DNA of 53,657 bases from a virus (taxonomy: Duplodnaviria > Caudoviricetes). Position numbers and translations under genes: made by a program. The stretch spans positions 1 through 53,657 of IMG/VR virus record IMGVR_UViG_3300042922_000451, one strand, 5' to 3'. Shown here piece by piece: positions 17,459 through 23,900 of this stretch (position 1 is its first letter; the number at the start of each line of letters is the position of its first letter). A model generated the notes under the pieces. That model was not told the origin of the DNA, did no database searches, and was given only the letters and a program-made list of their open reading frames with translations.

Positions 17459-17483
17459 GTTATAGCATATGTTTCTAATGCGA
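17459..17483 (-). promoter_or_regulatory. TCGC-box promoter copy 9
   Basis: TCGCATTAGAAACATATGCTATAAC (variant -10). Confidence 0.75.
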
Positions 17484-17496
17484 GCAAAAAAGAAGA

Positions 17497-17691
17497 CTAA
17501 GCTTCTTTATTTCTCTCATTAATTAGATATATAAATGCCCATATGTTTGTTACTGGCCACACAATAGTTCCTAATACAATACTTAATACGTACCATCCAA
17601 TAAATTCTTTCTCAAATTCTTTTCGTTGATTCCATATTCCTATTCCACTATTTATTATTCCTATCACCAAGTAAATTACTATATATTTCAT
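17497..17691 (-). CDS. Two-TM cassette protein
   Basis: AAGGAG RBS; YLVIG...VWP; ends NKEA-stop. Confidence 0.75.
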   Translation of the reverse strand: MKYIVIYLVIGIINSGIGIWNQRKEFEKEFIGWYVLSIVLGTIVWPVTNIWAFIYLINERNKEA

Positions 17692-17720
17692 ATTAATACT
17701 CTCCTTTTAATTAAGATTTC

Positions 17721-17745
17721 ATTATACCCTGTGTAATTTGTGCGA
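17721..17745 (-). promoter_or_regulatory. TCGC-box promoter copy 10
   Basis: TCGCACAAATTACACAGGGTATAAT. Confidence 0.85.
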
Positions 17746-17773
17746 GCAAAAAAGAAAGCCTAAGCTTTCCTTA

Positions 17774-17884
17774 CTAATGTGTTCGTAAATATCTTATAAA
17801 TACCCATACAAGCCAAAAACCGCCTGTGAAAATAGTCATTAGTAAATCAAACATAATACCAATTCCACTTTGTTTATTTTTCAT
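17774..17884 (-). CDS. 36-aa membrane microprotein (not in ORF track)
   Basis: MKNKQSGIGIMFDLLMTIFTGGFWLVWVFIRYLRTH; GGAGG RBS; own promoter and terminator. Confidence 0.8.
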   Translation of the reverse strand: MKNKQSGIGIMFDLLMTIFTGGFWLVWVFIRYLRTH

Positions 17885-17911
17885 AATAAGCACCCTCCAT
17901 TTATTTCTTCT

Positions 17912-17936
17912 ATTATAGCATATGTTCCTGATGCGA
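17912..17936 (-). promoter_or_regulatory. TCGC-box promoter copy 11
   Basis: TCGCATCAGGAACATATGCTATAAT. Confidence 0.8.
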
Positions 17937-17966
17937 TCAAAAAAAAAAAGAAAGGCTAAGCTTTCT

Positions 17967-18299
17967 TTAAATTTGTTCTAATATCGTATCACCTTCTGCT
18001 AATATAACTTTACTGTGTTTACCTAGTATAAGTCCTATGTAATTACAGCCGTCTTTAATTATGGCAAATGATGCTTCGTCGTTATTAGCATTTAAATCTA
18101 ATGCTTTCTTAGCTGATTCTAATGATATAAAACTTCGATCTGGTCTCCAACTAATCGCATCCAATTCTTTAGGTATTAAATGAAAATTCTTATTATAGTA
18201 TCTATTTGTTAGGTATACGGCTCCAATTAATCCACCTATAATAGACCCTAATATAATTTCATTTTTATTTTCCTTAATGAATTTTTTAATTTTTGACAT
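17967..18299 (-). CDS. Single-TM cassette protein
   Basis: KIKKFIKENK..IILGSIIGGLIGAVYL. Confidence 0.75.
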   Translation of the reverse strand: MSKIKKFIKENKNEIILGSIIGGLIGAVYLTNRYYNKNFHLIPKELDAISWRPDRSFISLESAKKALDLNANNDEASFAIIKDGCNYIGLILGKHSKVILAEGDTILEQI

Positions 18300-18327
18300 A
18301 GTCAATCCACTCCTTAAAATTTATTTC

Positions 18328-18352
18328 ATTATATCATATGTATCCCTCGCGA
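18328..18352 (-). promoter_or_regulatory. TCGC-box promoter copy 12
   Basis: TCGCGAGGGATACATATGATATAAT. Confidence 0.8.
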
Positions 18353-18378
18353 CCAAAAAAGAAAGCCGAAGCTTTCGA

Positions 18379-18600
18379 TTATTTTGTATGTAATTTTATC
18401 ACTTTCTTAAGGTCTTCATTTTTTTCACATTCTTTTAATAATAGTTCTTTAAAACATTCAGCTGTGTCTTTCCATATGCCGATAACTTCATTGTTAACTT
18501 TTTTGTTTTGTTTCTCAACAATAGTTCCTCCAATTAAAGCTCCAATCATTAGAAATGGCACACCTATTAGTCCTATACCTATTATATCATTTTTGTTCAT
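18379..18600 (-). CDS. Single-TM cassette protein
   Basis: Start placed at MNKNDII after AGGAGG. Confidence 0.75.
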   Translation of the reverse strand: MNKNDIIGIGLIGVPFLMIGALIGGTIVEKQNKKVNNEVIGIWKDTAECFKELLLKECEKNEDLKKVIKLHTK

Positions 18601-18631
18601 AATATAACCTCCTAAGTTTTTAATTACTTTC

Positions 18632-18656
18632 ATTATAGGATATGTTATTTATGCGA
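18632..18656 (-). promoter_or_regulatory. TCGC-box promoter copy 13
   Basis: TCGCATAAATAACATATCCTATAAT. Confidence 0.8.
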
Positions 18657-18688
18657 CCAAAAAAGAAAGCCGAAGCTTTCCTTATTAT

Positions 18689-18874
18689 TTAGACTGCCTT
18701 TTTAAGTTGTTTAATTTCTCTTTTGAAAATCACCCTACTTAAGTAATATCCTCCAACACCGATTCCTGTTACTGCAGCCGCCGCGCCTATTATAGCTAAC
18801 GCCGGTACTATAGCAACTTCTTCGCCTACGAGTAATATTCCTTTAATGGCAATTAGTGATTTTTCCTCATCCAT
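18689..18874 (-). CDS. Small membrane cassette protein
   Basis: Start placed at MDEEKS after GAAAGGGGTG; hydrophobic core. Confidence 0.7.
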   Translation of the reverse strand: MDEEKSLIAIKGILLVGEEVAIVPALAIIGAAAAVTGIGVGGYYLSRVIFKREIKQLKKAV

Positions 18875-18901
18875 TTCTCCCACCCCTTTCAATTTAGTCT
18901 C

Positions 18902-18926
18902 ATTATAGGCTATGTTTTGGACGCGA
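18902..18926 (-). promoter_or_regulatory. TCGC-box promoter copy 14
   Basis: TCGCGTCCAAAACATAGCCTATAAT. Confidence 0.8.
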
Positions 18927-19008
18927 ATCGAGCAAAAATAAAAGGGCATGTTTTTCACACGTCCTTTTTTGGTCAGGCCCTTAATCCTTTAATGGTACAA
19001 ACTTTGGT

Positions 19009-19305
19009 TTATAATCGTCCTTTAACGACAAAACTTAATGCTTTACTAGTGATTATTCCAGCTTTCTCATATCCAAGTATCATTCCAATACCCAATAGAT
19101 TACCTGCTATTATAGCTATTGTATCTGGTTTTACATGACGAGCGTGTTCATTCTCTTTCGCCTTGTATAACTTTCCTAAATTATCAGCTATTTTAGCATA
19201 TTCCTCTGAGTCTGGATCAAATTTCTTTAGATATTCTAATACTGAATCAATCTCCTTTTCAAGATTAGTTCTTTTGTCTCTTTTGGTGACTCTTTTATTT
19301 TCCAT
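19009..19305 (-). CDS. Small phage protein with C-terminal hydrophobic segment
   Basis: DPDSEEY...PDTIAIIAGNLLGIGMILGYEK..IITSKA. Confidence 0.75.
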   Translation of the reverse strand: MENKRVTKRDKRTNLEKEIDSVLEYLKKFDPDSEEYAKIADNLGKLYKAKENEHARHVKPDTIAIIAGNLLGIGMILGYEKAGIITSKALSFVVKGRL

Positions 19306-19339
19306 TTGTTTAATCCCCTTTCAAGTTTTAATTCCTTTC

Positions 19340-19364
19340 ATTATACCATTAGTAATTCCTGCGA
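19340..19364 (-). promoter_or_regulatory. TCGC-box promoter copy 15
   Basis: TCGCAGGAATTACTAATGGTATAAT, starting immediately after the holin stop codon. Confidence 0.8.
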
Positions 19365-19688
19365 CTACTTCCTAAATTCAGTTGTATTAGTTGGCTCTAT
19401 TTTCTCAGGTGGAGGTAGTTGCTGAAGATCGTCTTTTTTGATTCCTTCCATAGTTTGCTTATATAATTGATTACCAGATATAGTCATACCCCATAATACA
19501 AACGCTTGAATTATAGAGTCTATACTAAGACCCATAACCCCTACACAAAATGCTACGGCGAACGTCAACAATATTAAAGGTATTAACCAATTAGGAATTA
19601 TACTATTTTGTTTAATAACATTTCCTATTGCCCACATTACTGGTATTAATATTAACAATCTAGGATCTAAGAATTGTGATAAATCCAT
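19365..19688 (-). CDS. Phage holin
   Basis: Multi-TM, LILIPV..IG..IK..IP..L...NQLYKQ pattern; adjacent to the endolysin. Confidence 0.8.
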   Translation of the reverse strand: MDLSQFLDPRLLILIPVMWAIGNVIKQNSIIPNWLIPLILLTFAVAFCVGVMGLSIDSIIQAFVLWGMTISGNQLYKQTMEGIKKDDLQQLPPPEKIEPTNTTEFRK

Positions 19689-19700
19689 ATTACATTCCTC

Positions 19701-20594
19701 CTATTTCTTGAATAATTCAGTCATTGTATTTTTACCAATTATACCGTCATCTTCAAGTTGTCTGGACCTTTGGAAGTCTATTACCGCTCTTTCAGTCTCT
19801 CCTCCAGAACTCATTTCTCCATCAGCTCCATATCTCTGAAGGTTAAATCCTAAACTCATAAGTCTTTTCTGGATAACCTCAATTAGTAACCCTTTTGCAT
19901 TACCTTTAATAAACACCTTACTCATGGCTTGATTGGAGCAATCTCCTAAATATCCGTCAACCTCTAAAGAATTTCCGTTATTATCGGTTACACCCCACAC
20001 ATTTAAAGCCACTTGAAGTTCTTTAGCTACATCACCCTGAACAAACATTTCATATATTTTACTACTTGGTGTTGTATTTGGAATAGTAGTATCTATAGGA
20101 TAATCTATATATGGGCATTTTAACCAATGAGTCCATCCTGGAGAAGTAGGACCCTTAAGTGATGAGTCTATAACTCCTTGAAAAGTTCCCCTAGCTTCAA
20201 TGACTTGACCTCCTCCGCAATATACTCCAATATGTCCTTTCTTCCATAGACATATACCTGGAATTTCAGGAATGGTATCAATTGTTCCTTTTTCAGTAGC
20301 AAGATTAAACATACCATCAGCTGATACGTCCGTAGAAGGTTCATATCTTAAATTTCCATCTATTGTCCAATATGCACCTTTTATAAGTCCAACACAATCT
20401 GCAACTTTTCTATTCATCCAATTTCTGGATATAAATTCTACTTTTCCACCAACTTCTGTTGGATATTGTCGAGCCTTCTGAGTTAATAAGTCTATAGTTA
20501 AGACTTGACCAAACGTTCCCCAAACATAGCCCCAGCAATCATTAAGCGCATTCTTGACGAATCCTACTAATTCTTCATTATTCAATATGTACAC
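19701..20594 (-). CDS. Endolysin (NlpC/P60-like catalytic domain plus peptidoglycan-binding repeats)
   Basis: YVWG, DCVGL (Cys), GHIGVY (His); VDGYLG, GADG and DDGIIG PG-binding motifs. Confidence 0.85.
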   Translation of the reverse strand: MYILNNEELVGFVKNALNDCWGYVWGTFGQVLTIDLLTQKARQYPTEVGGKVEFISRNWMNRKVADCVGLIKGAYWTIDGNLRYEPSTDVSADGMFNLATEKGTIDTIPEIPGICLWKKGHIGVYCGGGQVIEARGTFQGVIDSSLKGPTSPGWTHWLKCPYIDYPIDTTIPNTTPSSKIYEMFVQGDVAKELQVALNVWGVTDNNGNSLEVDGYLGDCSNQAMSKVFIKGNAKGLLIEVIQKRLMSLGFNLQRYGADGEMSSGGETERAVIDFQRSRQLEDDGIIGKNTMTELFKK

Positions 20595-20603
20595 CTCACT
20601 TAT

Positions 20604-20894
20604 TTATTTTTCTTTTTCGATTCCTAATAGTTCTATTAAATAGTCAATATCTTCTTGCATTTTTGGAATGACCTTCATGTTACTACTTATTTCCTGAAGA
20701 CTTGTATTGTATTTATCAAGCTGATGCATAAGTTTATCTTCTCGTTCCTTCGATTCCGTCCGAACTTCTGTTACTAAATTTTGAAAGCTCTGTTGTTCTT
20801 TATTTCGACTATCGACATAGTTCTTCAATAGGAAACCAAGTACTACAACAAGAGCTACTGCTGGACTTACATTAGCTAATAGTTCATAAGGCAT
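20604..20894 (-). CDS. BhlA/UviB-like holin-type protein
   Basis: N-terminal TM, SKEREDKLM coiled coil; directly upstream of the endolysin. Confidence 0.7.
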   Translation of the reverse strand: MPYELLANVSPAVALVVVLGFLLKNYVDSRNKEQQSFQNLVTEVRTESKEREDKLMHQLDKYNTSLQEISSNMKVIPKMQEDIDYLIELLGIEKEK

Positions 20895-20897
20895 TTA

Positions 20898-21221
20898 TTA
20901 AACCCCCAACCTATCCTTTAAATTTTCAAAAGTCTTTTCTCCAATAATGTTCACTAAATCATATATTGATATATATGGTCTATTGTCAATTATTTTTTGG
21001 GCTTTTATTTCTCCTATATTATACAACGATTCAAGTTCTTTTTTAGTCGCTGTATTTATATTTACTTTATCTTTTGTAGATTCGGTGTTAACATTGACAT
21101 TCTGGTTAACGTGTTGATTCACTATTGGAATTGTGGATTCTCTTATATTTCCAATAAAATAACCAAGAAGCACTGCTATTATAATAATCATTATGACCAA
21201 TATTATATTTTTATTTTGCAT
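20898..21221 (-). CDS. Membrane-anchored ComEA-like helix-hairpin-helix DNA-binding protein
   Basis: N-terminal TM; KVNINTATKKELESLYNIGEIKAQKII..R, IGEKTFENLK. Confidence 0.85.
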   Translation of the reverse strand: MQNKNIILVIMIIIIAVLLGYFIGNIRESTIPIVNQHVNQNVNVNTESTKDKVNINTATKKELESLYNIGEIKAQKIIDNRPYISIYDLVNIIGEKTFENLKDRLGV

Positions 21222-21248
21222 ATTACACCGCCTCTAATACTGTGAGAC

Positions 21249-21479
21249 TTAGATTAAATTTTCCTGCACTACCTGAATGAATTCATTATATCTTTCCTTA
21301 TATAATATCATATTTTCTGGACTTTTTTCTATAACTTCTTTTTCGGTAACAGTTATATTTATATTATGATTCATTTTATTTTCGCCTATATTAGCTGTGA
21401 ATACCGCGACTACTTTGTTAAGTCCCTCATCTTCAATTCTTACGGTAGCATTCAAAGTTACTGATTTATTTATTTCCAA
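21249..21479 (-). CDS. Hypothetical protein
   Basis: Coupled ORF with GGAGG RBS and TTG start. Confidence 0.6.
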   Translation of the reverse strand: MEINKSVTLNATVRIEDEGLNKVVAVFTANIGENKMNHNINITVTEKEVIEKSPENMILYKERYNEFIQVVQENLI

Positions 21480-21654
21480 TATTATTCACCTCCAATCTCT
21501 GTTTAGTGATAGTAGCTCTAGTTTGCTCTGCCACTTCTCCTGTTAATTCTTTTAATATCATAAGCATTACAGTTATTGGAAGTCCACTCTCATTAAGGTC
21601 TTTTATCAATAATGCTTTTGTATCCTCAACTAATAAATCGAATGATTTGTCCAT
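21466..21654 (-). CDS. Hypothetical protein
   Basis: Coupled ORF after Tal. Confidence 0.65.
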   Translation of the reverse strand: MDKSFDLLVEDTKALLIKDLNESGLPITVMLMILKELTGEVAEQTRATITKQRLEVNNIGNK

Positions 21655-21657
21655 ATT

Positions 21658-23400
21658 TTAACCTCCTAACGCAGTCACTCTTGACTGAAGATCTGATATC
21701 ATTGAATATACGCCATTAAATTGAATGCCAACACTGTTAAATTCGTTATTAACAGTAGTTTTATCCGCGTATTGACTATGTGTATGATATGTAGATGCCC
21801 ATGGTGGACTAATACATGAAATACTATTGCAACTTATATCCGCGGCACTTAAATCCTGATTACAAGACAATCTTTCACATAAAATAAGGCCACCAAATGT
21901 GGGAGTACCATCATCATATATTACTACTTTATTGTAAGCTGTTTTCAGAAACTTATTATCTATAGTTAAGAATACTGTTCCATCTGTTGCGTATAATTTC
22001 TTAGCTATAATTTCGCCATTGTTTATAGTTACGTTACCACTCGGGTCCATTACTACTAAACCAGCTTGTGAAATCATAACCTTAGGGCTAATATTATTGA
22101 AATACAACTTAACATCAGTTGGGTTTTGTTGTATCAAACTCATTACTTCACCGCTTGACACTTTTGATGAAATTTGACCCGCTTGAATAGTTATTTGTGA
22201 TTGTAAATTGGCTGTTTTATTAGTAACTTCTTGTAAAATTTGGTCTTCGGATAATTCTATTTTAGAAGTTAATCTAGCATCTAATGATGATACACTAAGT
22301 TCTATTTTTTGTTTTGTGAATTCAATTTGAGCTAAGGTCTTATTCATAACTATATTTATATCTTTCTTGATTATGCCTAATACTATTTTTTTATATTTTT
22401 TAAGTATACAATCATATTCATAACTTATGATACGTCCGTCAAGGTCTATATTCATTTTAAGATGTCTTATTTTGACTTTATCACCAAGATTAAGACTTAT
22501 TAAATTCTTAAATTGCTCATATTCTCTTGTATTACCAAGATGCTCAAATTCTATTTCATAGTTGAAAGACGGTTGGTCTACATGCTTTTCGGAATATAAT
22601 AAATTTACTAAATCTCTTAATTGTTGTAAAGCTGTAGCTTCGGTCGTGTTCTCGTTAACTGTTATAGAATCAAATGTCATATGGCGCACTATTGGTTGAG
22701 GATAAGAACTTACAAGCGGCGAATCTATATAATATTCAGGAAGCAACAATTCATCTGCGCCTTGCGGAACTATTCTAGTCGCCAAAGTATCCATATCTAA
22801 AGTTTCTGTTATACCGATTAGATTTTTACCATAACTTATTATATATCCACTGTTGACACCTATTTCATCTTTAACAATAATATTAAAGTTATTAAAATCA
22901 AATTCGCCACCCCAACGAGTAAGTATGCTGTTATCATCATCTGAAAATATAGCTGATATAGGATTTTTTCTAACTATTCTCGCATTATCTATTGGCTCAG
23001 TAGTATCACCAGACGCAGTAAATATGTGAGGATTTAAAGTATTATTTAATATTTGTTGAACAGCTTGAAGTCTATTTTTCCCAACTATGTTCGTATCAGG
23101 GACGAAATTATCCATCAAATCAAATACTATATGTTTCGCATAGACAATGATAGTATGAGGTTCTTTTTCAGTTTTTTGAATTCTAAATAATTGATAGCCT
23201 GAAGGAGTTGGAACTTTTATAATTCTATAATTTTGAAGTTCTTTATATATTGTTTTCCCTCCGCCATACATTGGATACTCAAGCTCTAAATACCAAACAC
23301 CATTAAGTTCTCTTGATATATCAGCCCTTATACATTCATTTAAAACACCTATACCATTGTGTTGGAAGTTAGTTTCTGTGCTATTGTATAAAGTTATCAA
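21658..23400 (-). CDS. Tail hub/spike (Tal, prophage endopeptidase-type)
   Basis: NG.G.L, LELEYP, QLFRI, WGGEF, YGKNL.G, LGD.V.I.H motifs and a coiled-coil extension. Confidence 0.85.
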   Translation of the reverse strand: MITLYNSTETNFQHNGIGVLNECIRADISRELNGVWYLELEYPMYGGGKTIYKELQNYRIIKVPTPSGYQLFRIQKTEKEPHTIIVYAKHIVFDLMDNFVPDTNIVGKNRLQAVQQILNNTLNPHIFTASGDTTEPIDNARIVRKNPISAIFSDDDNSILTRWGGEFDFNNFNIIVKDEIGVNSGYIISYGKNLIGITETLDMDTLATRIVPQGADELLLPEYYIDSPLVSSYPQPIVRHMTFDSITVNENTTEATALQQLRDLVNLLYSEKHVDQPSFNYEIEFEHLGNTREYEQFKNLISLNLGDKVKIRHLKMNIDLDGRIISYEYDCILKKYKKIVLGIIKKDINIVMNKTLAQIEFTKQKIELSVSSLDARLTSKIELSEDQILQEVTNKTANLQSQITIQAGQISSKVSSGEVMSLIQQNPTDVKLYFNNISPKVMISQAGLVVMDPSGNVTINNGEIIAKKLYATDGTVFLTIDNKFLKTAYNKVVIYDDGTPTFGGLILCERLSCNQDLSAADISCNSISCISPPWASTYHTHSQYADKTTVNNEFNSVGIQFNGVYSMISDLQSRVTALGG

Positions 23401-23485
23401 TAGTTCACCTCCTTGTGGTATTGTGAAGTAATACCGAGTCTTATTAACTCAGTATCACCCCACAAGTTTTTAAAGTAGTCATTTA

Positions 23486-23632
23486 TCAAACATGATTAGC
23501 TAAATATTCTGCAACTGGTAGTACATAGTTGGTTGGAACTACAGGCCTTTCATCACCATCTATAGGCTCTAAAAGATATACGCCTGATCTAACAAGGATT
23601 GCGTAAGATACTACTAAGTACTGTTTTATCAT
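23486..23632 (-). CDS. 48-aa XkdX/CD1375-like tail-fibre-associated protein (not in ORF track)
   Basis: MIKQYLVVSYAILVRSGVYLLEP...VPTNY..PVAEYL; follows the fibre-chaperone-like gene; family call from recall. Confidence 0.65.
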   Translation of the reverse strand: MIKQYLVVSYAILVRSGVYLLEPIDGDERPVVPTNYVLPVAEYLANHV

Positions 23633-23633
23633 A

Positions 23634-23900
23634 TTAGTCACCACCCTTCGCTTCTAATATAGCCATCCTGGCATCTAAATCTATAATAGCTTCTGCCATA
23701 GCAACCTTTTCCCAGTCAACAGGCTCTTCGACATAAATAGGTTCTTCCGAGGTCGGTTTACCATCTGGATATAACTCTCTCCATTCTTTGAAGAGTTCTC
23801 TTTCTTCTTCGTTAGCTAACTCTTCAGGAGTGATTTTAATTTCACCATCTAGCTGTATTATAAGTGTATTATCTATTATATTTACATTTGATAAATCCAA
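23634..23900 (-). CDS. Putative tail fibre chaperone
   Basis: Acidic small protein ending AMAEAIIDLDAR, downstream of the fibre gene. Confidence 0.55.
   Translation of the reverse strand: MDLSNVNIIDNTLIIQLDGEIKITPEELANEEERELFKEWRELYPDGKPTSEEPIYVEEPVDWEKVAMAEAIIDLDARMAILEAKGGD

Larger units (their letters stand above)
14027..18680 (-). terminator. Family of related intrinsic terminators GAA(A)GC-loop-G(C)TTTC-like + T-run at ~14027-14050, 15995-16025, 17189-17212, 17486-17508, 17748-17770, 17939-17967, 18355-18376, 18659-18680
   Basis: Short hairpins with TTAG/TTCG-type loops and T tracts end the cassettes; most abut the next TCGC promoter. Confidence 0.8.

Noticed and set aside
13348-19364. 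Repeats as a CRISPR array or integron attC sites
   Set aside because: Spacing is irregular (about 140-1900 bp), the spacers are genes, the repeats are non-palindromic promoters, and there is no cas operon or integrase; the Cas4-like gene is a generic phage nuclease
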